In this document: positions 25,751 through 37,281 of the stretch, one piece after another
Numbering within the stretch: position 1 is the first letter of the stretch
Layout: every line of letters starts with the position of its first letter
NCBI GenBank assembly: GCA_051294375.1
Contig: CM119269.1
Location: 1,318,537 to 1,382,536, forward strand
Length of the DNA: 64,000 nucleotides
Direction of reading: 5' to 3'
Origin: Paraspadella gotoi
Taxonomy: Eukaryota; Animalia; Chaetognatha
Position numbers and translations under genes: made by a program
Notes under the pieces: model-generated
Database searches by the model: none
What the model saw: only the letters and a program-made list of their open reading frames with translations
What the model was told of the DNA's origin: nothing

Positions 25751-28700
25751 GTATGCACTGTGCTTTAGTGGAGTCAGGAGATGGTATAAAACAAATTGAG
25801 TGGTAACATTATCAAATACATATTCTCAAACTGATGCATTGGCAAAGCGGTGAACGGAGGTAGGTAAACAGTATGTCCCAATGGGTACTGTCTGTTAAGA
25901 AAACGCTCACTGCTCCTTATTACCGGATCTCAAAAACTTTAATTCATTATTAATGAATATGCGCATAAGTAGGACCATTTATAGGATACCTAAGTTTTAA
26001 AAATTGATTAAATCTTTTAAATCTTTTATTTAGATTGCCAGACAGTAAGAAACTATTATATATTTTAGCTCCTTTATAATGCAGTCATTATTTATTAATA
26101 AATTTTCTACTGTGGAGGACCGTCGACCGAGGACTATGGTCGACGATTCGACCGGCCTTTTTCGCCCCGTTGGGTCAACTGATATGACGACTTTCTCTCT
26201 CTTCTCTCTCTCTCTGGACTTCATTCTTCTCCTCCTTATAAGGTTGACACCCGTTGGACGTATTCTCTCGTCTAATAATGACCTTTCAATTGTATGAACT
26301 ATGGTCGGACGGTTCGACCGGCCTATTTCGTCCCCGTATGCGGTCACTTGATATGGACCTACGTTTCTCTCTCTTTCTCTCTCTTCTGACTCATGCTCTC
26401 CTCCTTATAAGTTGACACCGTTTGGACGATATTCTTCTCTAATAAACCTTCATTTTTATGAACTATTCTCACATTGGTACATCGTAATAAAATGTATATT
26501 ATCATAAAACATCGTCTCCTTTTCCAACGTCGCTTATTACTACTTACCTTATTTCATATACTTTTTTAATTGATTTTAATAATAATTTACTTGAATGCAA
26601 ATAGGTATTGGTGACTAAAAATCCACCAAGTCCGCTTCAACAACTCAGCGGCCATTGGTGGCCGGAACGCAAGTCATTACATACACACACACAATCCGGA
26701 AGTTCCTCAGCCCCGCCTGTGGTCAGTTCTGGCAGTTAACGCAGGAACGGGCGCGCTTTTTAACCCGCCTGTAACCGGTTTACAGCAACCTGATCGCGAA
26801 GCTCAGGGACTCTTTATATATTGAACGGTTCTTGTCTATTAAACACTTTATCAATAATTACTTGCTCTCTTCATGGTGAGCGCCGACTTCCAACATCAAC
26901 AGCCAACGAACAACACTTTCAGTGCAACATGCCTCAACCTAGGCGATGCACTTTCCGCCCCACACACATCAGGCGCATGCCCTCAACTTTGGGTGTACGA
27001 ACTTCCACAACAACCAACAATTCATTGAAGAGACGCAAACGACTTCTCCCTACGGGAGGGGGGATAGTATGGTGGACTAAAATCCACCAACCGTTCATCA
27101 GCGGCCATTGGTGCCCGGAGGCAAGTTCATTCGCCCCCATCCCAACCCAAAGGCTCCGGAGTTCTAGCCGGTGGCGTCTGGGCACGTTATGAGGAGACGG
27201 GGCGCTTAACCCGCCTGTAACTCGGTGTTACAGCCTGATCGAAGCTCAGGGACTGCTTATATTGAACGGTTCTCGTATTACCAGCTTCATTTCAATATAT
27301 TACTGTACTCTTCAATAGCACACACGCCATTTTTGTTCTGCCTTAATGCATCTTCCCAATCCGCTCGCACAAGCTTCACAAATAATAAAATCTATAAATA
27401 TATATATAATCTAAACATTATTTGTTATTCATTATTTATGTACTTTTTTAATATTATTATTTTTTTTATTTATGCACTTTATTTATACAAATTAAAATTT
27501 GAATAATTTATATCTATTTAAATAATTTTTCCACATAATTTTTTAAATATAATTTTATTTTTTAAAATAAAAAATATTCTAAATTTAAAAAAGTTGAGAA
27601 TGAAGGAATTATTTTAAATTAATGTTCTGCAAAGAAAAATGATAAAACATCGAGTGAAGTTCAACATATAGTTTCATAAATGGTTAAGATCCTCTCTACT
27701 TTGTAAATACTATCATTATGGTACCTAACATTTATACTAGGCTATTGCCTCTTTTTTTTTTTAAGTCATCGACAGAAACTTGTCAATTTTTTTTTTTTAA
27801 CTGATCATAAATAGAAAGGCATAAATACCAGATTAAAATTATTGGAATTACCCTTATTCCTAATTATTATTATTCTTAAGTGAAATCGCGGCACTGGTTA
27901 AGGAAGAAAGAGAGAAAGACAGAAAGAGAGTCAGCAACTGTATGGACAACAATAGTGACCAACAGTAATGAACTCTATGGTAAAACTTATCGATCTCTAA
28001 TTTTTCGATCCAGATCATAGACTATGGATATGAATATAATTAATAAGTGGTTGATTTATCAATAAATATATGTATTGCAGGACTACCCAAGCCCACCTAT
28101 TACTAAAATTTAAACCATAATATTCACAAATAAGGAAGTTATGTATCATTGAAAAAATGACCCATCTAAATATTAGCACTGATAAATATGGAAAAAAACT
28201 TTTTGATAGTAACAATATTTTACAGAAGTTTACAAACCCTCTTGAGTACAAGTTAGCAAATTTTAAGAAAAAATTTAAAATATATTAGAGCTAAGCAAGT
28301 TTTTTAAAAATTTTGACCCAATTTTTAAGTGGTTTAAGATTATTTTTTTGAAAAAATTGCTTAATGGGAATAGCCAGACATCCAGGCAACGTCCTATAAA
28401 ATCCTAAAGCATTTATCCTATAAATGGAAAAGTTATCCATGTACAGATTTATGACATTCTAGGTTTCCGGTACTGTAGTAAATATAAATTGAAGATTAGC
28501 TTTAGGTCAAATAAAAATCGACCGTATATAACGAAAATAAAAAAGTTTTTGATAGACTTGCGTGGCTCTTAATCTCGGCGCATCTAAAAATAATATTAAA
28601 AATACAAATTAAATAATTAAATTAAAATTGATCTTTACTTTTTCTATTAAACCTACTTCTACTAGCTTGATTCCATTGAAACTTGAATTCCAGCTCAATG

Positions 28701-30055
28701 AACTAGTTTTTTTAATCACAGACAAAATTTCAACTCAATTGATTCATCCAAACATAAGTAATAAGACTTTAAAGGTACTGGAGAAAGGATGGACAGACAG
28801 ACATATGAACAGACAAATGTTTGAAGTTTTTTATATCAAACGACAGCTTAAACAGAGGAGATTCCGATTGCATTGTTTTTTAAGAGATATGTTGTTCACA
28901 TGTTAAAGAATAAAAACAATTTCTTTTTAGTTTGAATTCTGTCAGCATTTATGTATTTAACTGTATCTTGAGAGCTTTAAGAGATTTTGCATTAATTTTC
29001 TACATAACATTCAGGGAGTAATGCCCTCGGATGAGACACAATAAAAAATGAAAAAATCATACTGAAATTTTTTTTTTAACTGCATAGTTTTTTCTACGAG
29101 ACTGTACATCGCGTCTTAATTGGATGAAAATAAAACTCTTTGAAGTAATATAAATATAAAAGAAGAGAAAGATTCTGTACTTTTGCTAATTTTTAATTGT
29201 TATAATTAAGAATCAATATAGTTATAATATACATTTAAGGGATGTATATGAATATTAATTAATAATTATTACAGTTTTGTTTCTGTAAGAATATAATTTA
29301 GGTTTGATTTGGTCTGCTCTTTAAATATATAAAATATAAAAATATTAGTCTTGTAAAGCCTTTGTTTCAATGAGGCTTTAAACCTAAAATTGTAGCTTTG
29401 TACAATAAAAAATAAAATTTGGAATTTAGTAAAAAATACTTTCTAATGCAAAATAAAATAATAGATTATATAAATATTTAAGGTAGGGTCAACTAAATGT
29501 TTTTTTCATAATTATTTAAATTTTTGTTTCCGCTACAATAAGAGATAAAAATGTTTTTGCTACTTTCCCGTGCCCAAAAAAATTAATGACTATCACCATT
29601 TAAATTCCTTTGATGATAGACCCTTAAGCTTATGATATCATTTTTATCACTGGATCCCCTTAATAGTTTACCATTAGACCCAGTAATCTTCGATTAATTT
29701 TTACTGAAAAAACAAATTATATCCTTCAAGAATTTTGGTCACATTTTTGTTGAAAAATTATGCTCAAAACAAAACTTCAATTTTTTTTTTTTGAAATATA
29801 GACTGGGGAATAGACCATACCGAGTTCCATCCCACACATGCATATCAAGTCATTCCATTCATTATTACAGAAGATATACCCCATCCCTGGACTTATGAAG
29901 GAAAGCCAAGACCGGTTCTGTATAAGTGTGGAAACGTGAATCAGAAAATAAAACGATTCGTGACGAAGCAAAAAAAATTTTTAAGACTAAAAATTCCGGC
30001 TCAAATTTTTAAAACGAAGAAAAATTGTTTTCCAAATTTTTGTTCCGAAAAAAAC

Positions 30056-31786
30056 ATGTCTGAGTGGAAGTCGTCCTTTCAAATATGCACTTACACTAGG
30101 AAGGGCTTTCCGACATTTACCGACGACTTGACAGACAAAGAGTCAGTGGAAGAAGTGCTCGAAAAATATCTGGACATGGATCTCGTTTCGGTGACTCTCT
30201 ACGCCAGCGAAATGTTATACGACTTGAGCTCCATACACAAATTAACACCGGGCGTGAAACTTAGTGCCAAAGCCGCGGCTTTTTTTACTACTGGAGATAC
30301 TAAATTAGAAGAAGCGATCAAACGCAGACCAAAGAGGCCATTTAGGTAAGTGTCGTCCGAAATCTATTCGATGTTTTTCGTTAAAGCAAATTTCATTGAT
30401 AGGGAAGCCAGGTACACTGGTAGTGAATAAACTAGACTGTGAGAGTCTTGATTGAATGCTTACAGGGTTCTGCTATTTTATTTTCTAGTACAAGGGATGA
30501 ACGTCTTAACCGAAGTCCAAAGTCAGTGACCGAATAGCTTATTTATTGAATGAATGGATTATTTTATAATGGTTTTACTAATTTGATATTTAAAAAAACA
30601 ATTGTTTGCCCAATTTTTTTACAGCAAATCTGAAAATAAAACTGAGGAAGAATTGCAAAAAATGAAAGCCTATCCGTATCAGTTTGGCGAACTGTTTGCG
30701 ATGCAAGAGGAAGCTAATCGAAGTTCCTTGATTCACCATGACTTCGTTTTAGTCGAAGCAAGGAAGGAAAAATCCTACTTTCTGACCTTTGAAAAAATGC
30801 CCGAATTTCTGGTAATTCAAGCAACAGAAAAGGAAGACATAGCTCGTCACTGCTATTTGAGTAAAGATCCGAACCGGAAACTGTACAAGCGATGCCTGGA
30901 AACGGATCTTTGTAGACCTGGACTGAAGTGAGTTGATTTAACTTACCTACATTTTGATTATAGAATTGGTATCTATTAAAATTTGCAAATTACTTGTTTC
31001 ACTATTTTCTATTTTTATATTTTATGAAGGATTATGGTGGACTAAAACCCACCAACCGTTCATCAGCGGCCATTGGTGCCGGAGGCAAGTCATTCGCCTC
31101 CCAACCCAAAGGTCCGGGGTTCTAGCCCGGTGGTCGTCTGACAGTTAAGAGGGACGGGGCGCTTAACCCGCCTGTAACATGGTGTTACAGCCTGATCCGA
31201 AGCTCAGGGACTGCTTATTTTGAACGGTTCTATCACTAACTCATAACAATAATTACTGTCTCTTCAGGATCATAATATCTCGTAGGCTGAACAGAAAGGT
31301 GTGGGAATGGACCATTTTTTGAGGAGGGACCAAAGTTATATATGATTTTTTTAACAAATAGGGATAAGACTCCGAAGTAGAATCGTATGTTCTGATAGGG
31401 ATACATATTGGGGAAAGGTCTATAGGGGCACCTTCATGTCATGAATATAATTTTAAAATACTTTAATTAAAATATATTTTTGTTAAAAACGGGATTGATT
31501 TTTCAGGGTTCAATCCGTTATTGATCGGCTCTACTCTCAAAAGGAACTTGAAAAGGTTTACTCCGAGTGGCCATCGCTGTTTTCCGGAGATCACTGCCAA
31601 CACTACAGCCAGCGCGTGTTCGAGTTTTTGGCCAAAGAGAAGAAATATCCCGAAAGAGTCAAAATCATAGACGAAATCTTTTTTAGCCTGAAAGAGGATT
31701 TTGACGAGAAGAGGATGGATGAAATGAACAAGCAGTTACAAGCGGCTTTGTTGTGCGAGGACGAGGAGGATCAGCGTCTTAAATGA
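30056..31786 (+). CDS. Putative permuted papain-like His/Cys protein, paralog 2
   Basis: Exons 30056-30345, 30625-30927 and 31507-31786 join in frame. Motifs LIHHDFVLVE..YFLTFEK and YSEWPSLFSGDHCQHYSQRVFEFL. Confidence 0.75.
31036..31266 (+). mobile_element. tRNA-like plus twister-like composite repeat (copy in intron 2 of paralog 2)
   Basis: Near-identical to 33799-34029, with different flanks. Confidence 0.75.
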
Positions 31787-32005
31787 ACCTTTTTCTTTCG
31801 TAAATTAGTAATTTTATTTTAAAACTTTCCCAGATTCTGTATCTGTATTGATGCGGTATTTCCACTTTCTTTCTTTCATAATGATACAAAATTTTAAAAT
31901 TATTAAAATTTTGTAAAATTGTTTTGATAAATTTAATTTCATGCTTTTTAAAGCTGTAATTTGCTTTTAGTTTTACCTTAAATATAACTCCACAAAATCG
32001 ATAAA

Positions 32006-35000
32006 ATGAGTTCAAAATTAATGAAGTCCGTCCTACCGGATGGTGATATCTTTGGATCTGGTTGGAAAGAGTCCTTTAGGATTTGCACCTACTCCAAAAA
32101 GGGCCTCCCATCCACAACCTCTGATATTAAAGACAAGGAAGACGTTGAGGAATATCTTGAAAAATACCTTGATATGGAAATTTTAAGCGTCAGCATCTAT
32201 GCGTCTGAAGTGCCTTACGACTTGGATCTGCTGGACAATATGAAAGGAGCTGTGGGGGTTTTTGGGAAATCAGCGGCCTTTATTGCAACCGGAAAGACGA
32301 AAATGAGCGAAGCCATCAGAAGCGGAACAAAGATCGAGTAGGACATTAAATATTTTCTTTTTCATACATATATATGGTATACACCATATGATTAATTTAT
32401 TTTTTTTTATCTTAAGCAGCTCTAAGCGCAATACTGAATCTGACAAAGCTTTAATGAAGGCTACGTGTGCTTACGAATTTCGGGAATTGTACAAAATAAA
32501 GAAAGAGGCTCATGCCGCGTCTTTTATTCATCATGATTTCGTCAAAATGGACGCTAAAGGAGAGAAAGGAAAACCCTACTTTCTTACGATAGAGAAAATG
32601 TACGACGATATCATCATCCAAGCTGCTGAGGACGAGGACACAGTTCGCCACTGTATTCTAAGTTCGACTCCGAATCGAAACCTTTTTCAGTTCCCTTTGG
32701 AGATTGACGTCTGCAAGGACGGCATCAAGTAAGTTTTTAGTCGGATCTTCTTATCAGCAGATTCCGACTCTATAAATTATAATACTCCTTGTCGGTCCAT
32801 CGGTAAATCATTTAGATCATATCAGAACATCGGATTATGATAAATTAAAAAGCTAACAGTGAGATGCCCCGTCCCAATGGGCATCACAAGCAACGCGGCT
32901 GTTGCCATAAAGCAATTATTTTTATTATTTTTATTCTAATATTTGGATTAAGAGATTCTAACCTGTCACTTATAAATCCAACACTGCTATAACTTACATT
33001 TTTTAAATTTCTGTTCCCAGATTTCAAGATGTAATAAACCAGCTATATTTCGACAATGAACTTCAAAAGGGTTACTCCGTGCTGCCTGGAGGCGATCATT
33101 GCCAGCATTTCAGCAAGCGTACGTATGCACTGTGCTTTAGTGGAGCTCAGGAGATGGTATAAAACAAATTTTGAGTGGGGAACATTATCATAAAATACAA
33201 TATTCTCAACTGATGCATTGGCAAAGCGGAACGGGGTAGGTACAGTATGTCCCAATGGTACTGTCTGTTAAGAAAAGCTCACTGCTCCTATACCGGATCG
33301 AAAAACTTTAATTCATTATAATGAATATGCGCATAAGTATGGACCATTTTATAGGATACCTAAGTTTTAAAAATTGATTAAATCTTTTAAATCTTTTATT
33401 TAGATGCAGGACAGTAAGAAATATTATATATTTTTAGCTCCTTTATAATGCAGTCATTATTATTTAATAAATTTTCTACTGTGGAGGACGGTCGACGACG
33501 ACTATGGTCGACGGTTCGACCGGCCTTTTCGTCCCCGTTGGGTCACTTGATATGACCGACGTTTCTCTCTCTTTCTCTCTCTCTCTGACTCATGCTCTCC
33601 TCCTTATAAGTTGACACCGTTGGACGATATTCTCTCTCTAATAAACCTTTCATTGTTATGAACTATTCTCACATTGTACATCGTAATAAATGTATATTAT
33701 CATAAACATCGTCTCCTTTTCCAACGTCGCTATACTACTTACCTTATTCATATTACTTTTTTAATTGATTTAATAATAATTTATTGAATAAATAGTATGG
33801 TGGACTAAAATCCACCAACCGTTCATCAGCGGCCATTGGTGCCGGAGGCAAGTCATTCGCCTCCCAACCCAAAGGTCCGGAGTTCTAGCCCGGTGGTCGT
33901 CTGGCAGTTAAGAGGGACGGGGCGCTTAACCCGCCTGTAACTCGGTGTTACAGCCTGATCCGAAGCTCAGGGACTGCTTATATTGAACGGTTCTGTCATT
34001 AACACTTATCAATAATTACTGTCTCTTCAATAGCAACCATTTTGTTCTGGCTTAATGATTCAATCGCTCACAACTTCAAATAATAAAATTTAAATATAAA
34101 ATTAATAAACATATTTTTATTATTTTTTGTATTTTTTTAATATTTATTTATTTATTTTTTATTTATGCACTTATTTTATACAAATTAAAATTTGAATAAT
34201 TTATATCTATTTAAATAATTTTTCACATAATTTTTTAAATATAATTTATTTTAAAATAAAAAAATTATCTAAAAATTAAAAAAGTGAGAAATGAGGAATT
34301 ATTTAAATTGAATGTTCTGCAAAGAAAAATTGATAAAAATATTCAACATATAGTTTCATAAATGGTAAGAACTTATCTTTGACATTGTTATCTAAGAAAT
34401 AGGTTTAATAACACAGTTCCACACAATATGTAAAAGTTAACCGACAGTACCATTGGAACACACTGTACGTACCCCGTGTCCGTTCGCGAGTGACACTAAA
34501 AAATCTTTACTATACTTTAAATATTTAATAAACATAATTCATAAATATATCATTAGTTGGAGAACTACTTGACGTTTTTTATGTATATGTTTCATTTCAT
34601 GTTTAATTCTTTTACTATTCTTTGTTTAATTTTTTATCTAACACAGTAAAATTGGTAAAAAAAAAATTTTAGGCAAGTATAACCTTGCCAGTTACAGACG
34701 ATGCCATAGAGGTTTTCAAGCACATAAACCTAGTAAGAGTAGTTCATCACAGGTAATCCCTACAGTTTACAAAAAATCATAACTCTAGAACTGAAGAACC
34801 GAAAAAATATTTCCGAGTTGTCCACTTTGATCATATGTTAGGAATTCGGTGAAGGACTTGCGTTGGGATTAAAGTTTCGATATGAGTCGCGTTTAAATAA
34901 AATATATAAAAAAATATCAGCAATGCAAAAATTTTCAAATAATATATAATTTATACATAGTATCAATTCGTTAGTGATTAAACGTTTAGTATTTTGACTC

Positions 35001-35216
35001 GCAACATTCACCGCGCTGAAATATTATTTTTTGACAGGTGTTTTCGAGTTCTTGGCGAAAGAGAAGAAGTATCCACCGCACCATAAAACCACTGATCAGA
35101 TTTTCGAAAGTCTCAAAGAAAAGGTAGCGGAAGAAAAGCGGCTGGAGGAAATTCGAGCGTTGGCGTTGAGCCAAGAGGAAAGCGGACCCGCTGAGGCTCA
35201 GCCTCAATGCGAATAA
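32006..35216 (+). CDS. Putative permuted papain-like His/Cys protein, paralog 3
   Basis: Exons 32006-32337, 32417 (or 32420, NAGNAG)-32728, 33021-33118 and 35038-35216 join in frame. Motifs FIHHDFVKMD..YFLTIEK and GYSVLPGGDHCQHFSKRVFEFL. Confidence 0.75.
33799..34029 (+). mobile_element. tRNA-like plus twister-like composite repeat (SINE-like; copy in intron 3 of paralog 3)
   Basis: 5' hairpin GGTGGA/TCCACC; 9-bp inverted repeat AACCGTTCA (33817)/TGAACGGTT (33984); tRNA-Gly-like head 33829-33900; twister-like module 33904-33977. Other copies at ~23556, ~26609, ~27071 and 31036. Confidence 0.75.
33904..33977 (+). ncRNA. Candidate twister ribozyme, type-P5 permutation
   Basis: P5 GCAGUU/GACUGC; GA then CGGG pairing with L4 UCCG (T1); UAA cleavage motif 33927-33929; GC 33933-34 pairing with GC 33965-66 (T2); P3 CUGUAAC/GUUACAG; P4 CCUGA-UCCGAAGC-UCAGG. 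P1 and P2 are short or imperfect. Confidence 0.65.
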
Positions 35217-35952
35217 AAACTTAATTATCATCATTTTACAGGGATTTCAAATGAAAGGATCGAATACTGTGGCTTAAGCATTTGTTATAGCAACTTCAGA
35301 TTTTGCACTCTGGTAGAAAAATCGCTGACGTTTTTTATTTTCCAATCCCCAGTATTCCAGCTTGCTTACTTTCTTAGTTATGTGCTTATGAATGGCATGG
35401 TCGAATTTTAAAAAAGCAAATTTTTTTTCATTTGAATAGGACTTCCTGTTATAAGATATATTTTCACGAACAAAAATGAAATGTATGAAAATTTGGGGTA
35501 ATCTTATACATATAGTCATTTAAGTATTTGTCTGAGCAATCAGAATGTCAAAAACTATTTCACAGCCATAATGACAGCCCTTTCCATTTTATAGTTTTTT
35601 ATAGTTAAAACCTATAGAAAAAAAATTTCAGCTTTGAAAAAAAAATGGAAAAAAACATTGATCTGGCAAGCGCCTGTTACCTTACTAAACCTTGAAATAT
35701 AAATGAGAATTTTTTTTCATACTACCAAGACATTATACTAACTAATGAATATAAAAAAATTATAATATTTGTCACAATTTTTTTCACAACTACTTCAAAA
35801 TTAAATTATTTAACAAAGTTTGGAAGATAAGCAGAAGCGACCTAGGGAATCGTGGTGCAGGCTTACTTGTGTCCCTGGACCCTATCCACCAGAAGATGAC
35901 AGCTAGTCAATATGCTCGCTGGAGGTGAGATTCTATAGAGGTAGCTGAGCAT

Positions 35953-36495
35953 GTGTCTGCACGGCTGCGTAGCCGTGACGCCCGCGGCTCCCTACGTGAG
36001 CAATTGGTGAAACCGAAAGATAAATATTCCAGACCGAAAAATATCAGGAGCGTCTACTGGGCGGCCTGTGCAGGGGCGGGCAACGAACTCTGCACAGCAG
36101 CATACGTGGGCGAGACAGGCAAGTCCCTCACAGACCGTTTCAACAGCAAACGAAACCTTATCGTGATACCCGTGGACACTTCCTGTCGGCAATCGCTGAG
36201 CACAAAGCGAATACTGGCCATGCATTTAGAGAGTAGCTGTCTCGTGCTGTCCCATGACCCAAACTGGTTCACAAGAGGTATTAGAGAGGCTATTTACATC
36301 AAAGCCCTCGAACCTTCTTTGAATCGTGATGGAGGACGATTCGACCTCCCTCCAGGCTATGATTCGCTTATCAAAAGCGTGGTGGAGGCCCCGCCACCAC
36401 CACGACCGCACAATGATTCCCCTGTCTCCACTCAACGAGACAGGCGGAGACCCTTGCGCAGGCAATGGGCAAACGATGCCTCTCCCTTGATTTGA
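35953..36495 (+). pseudogene. GIY-YIG endonuclease fragment of a Penelope-like element
   Basis: Motifs as above; no RT domain recognisable upstream. Confidence 0.85.
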
Positions 36496-37237
36496 AGCAA
36501 CTCATTCCCTCTCTCTGGGGAATGAGCGCCGCCAAACGACGGCTACAGGAGGAGGGAGAGGATCCACCATCCCTGTTGCAAAAGCGGCAAGAACGGACAA
36601 CCGCCCGCCTTGCCAGCAGGCGAGAAGGGGGCAGTCGGCAGGCGTACCAGGCCAGAAGACATTCGAGTTGCACTTGGTCTCTTCCCGCAAGGAAGCCTAC
36701 CTAATGCAACGGCAATGAACTCAACAGATTGTCATCTCAACCAATGACGCGTCAATGACCCGGCTTCATCGTTAAAGCCTTTCATTTGCATAAACCAAGG
36801 GGGGCAGCTCATTTTGAGCTCTATCTTAATTCTTAATTTTTCACTTTAACATTCACTTATCTATCCCCAAAATGTATCATTTCACATTTAAAAACTTTCT
36901 TTCCTTTCATTACTATCTATTTATTACTAGAATAATTGTTAAATTCACCATTAGTTTAAATTTATTCTTTGTTGTACATTACATAATGTATTATTTTGTC
37001 TTCCCTGTTTTTCTCTCTCTCTCCCTCTCTCCTTCTGTCTCTCTCTCTCTCTCTTTCACCAATTGACCATTTCACTTCTTTTCACAACTGATCTGTCCTC
37101 AACTCAAACTGTACTCATTCTTTAACAACTATCTCTGTGTTGGAAACTTTTGGCCCTCTCTCTCTCTCTCTCTCTTTCTCTCACTCTCTCTCTCTCTCTC
37201 TCTCTCTTCTTTTACACAAATTTGTTAATGCATCATT

Positions 37238-37281
37238 ACCGCTGATGAAGACTCGAAATGAAGAGTCGAAACATGTCCGTA
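37238..37281 (+). ncRNA. Minimal type I hammerhead ribozyme (Penelope-associated)
   Basis: cg-CUGAUGA (37242-48)-a-GACUC gaaaugaa GAGUC-GAAAC-AU-GUC (37277)-cg. Confidence 0.78.

Larger units (their letters stand above)
20060..27690. repeat. Indel-rich tandem duplicate of 27712-34370
   Basis: Colinear with the downstream copy, differing mostly by 1-2 bp indels typical of noisy reads. Confidence 0.85.

Noticed and set aside
33829-33900. Functional tRNA-Gly gene
   Set aside because: The anticodon stem does not pair, the T-loop register is shifted and the sequence sits inside a dispersed repeat; treated as a tRNA-derived head.
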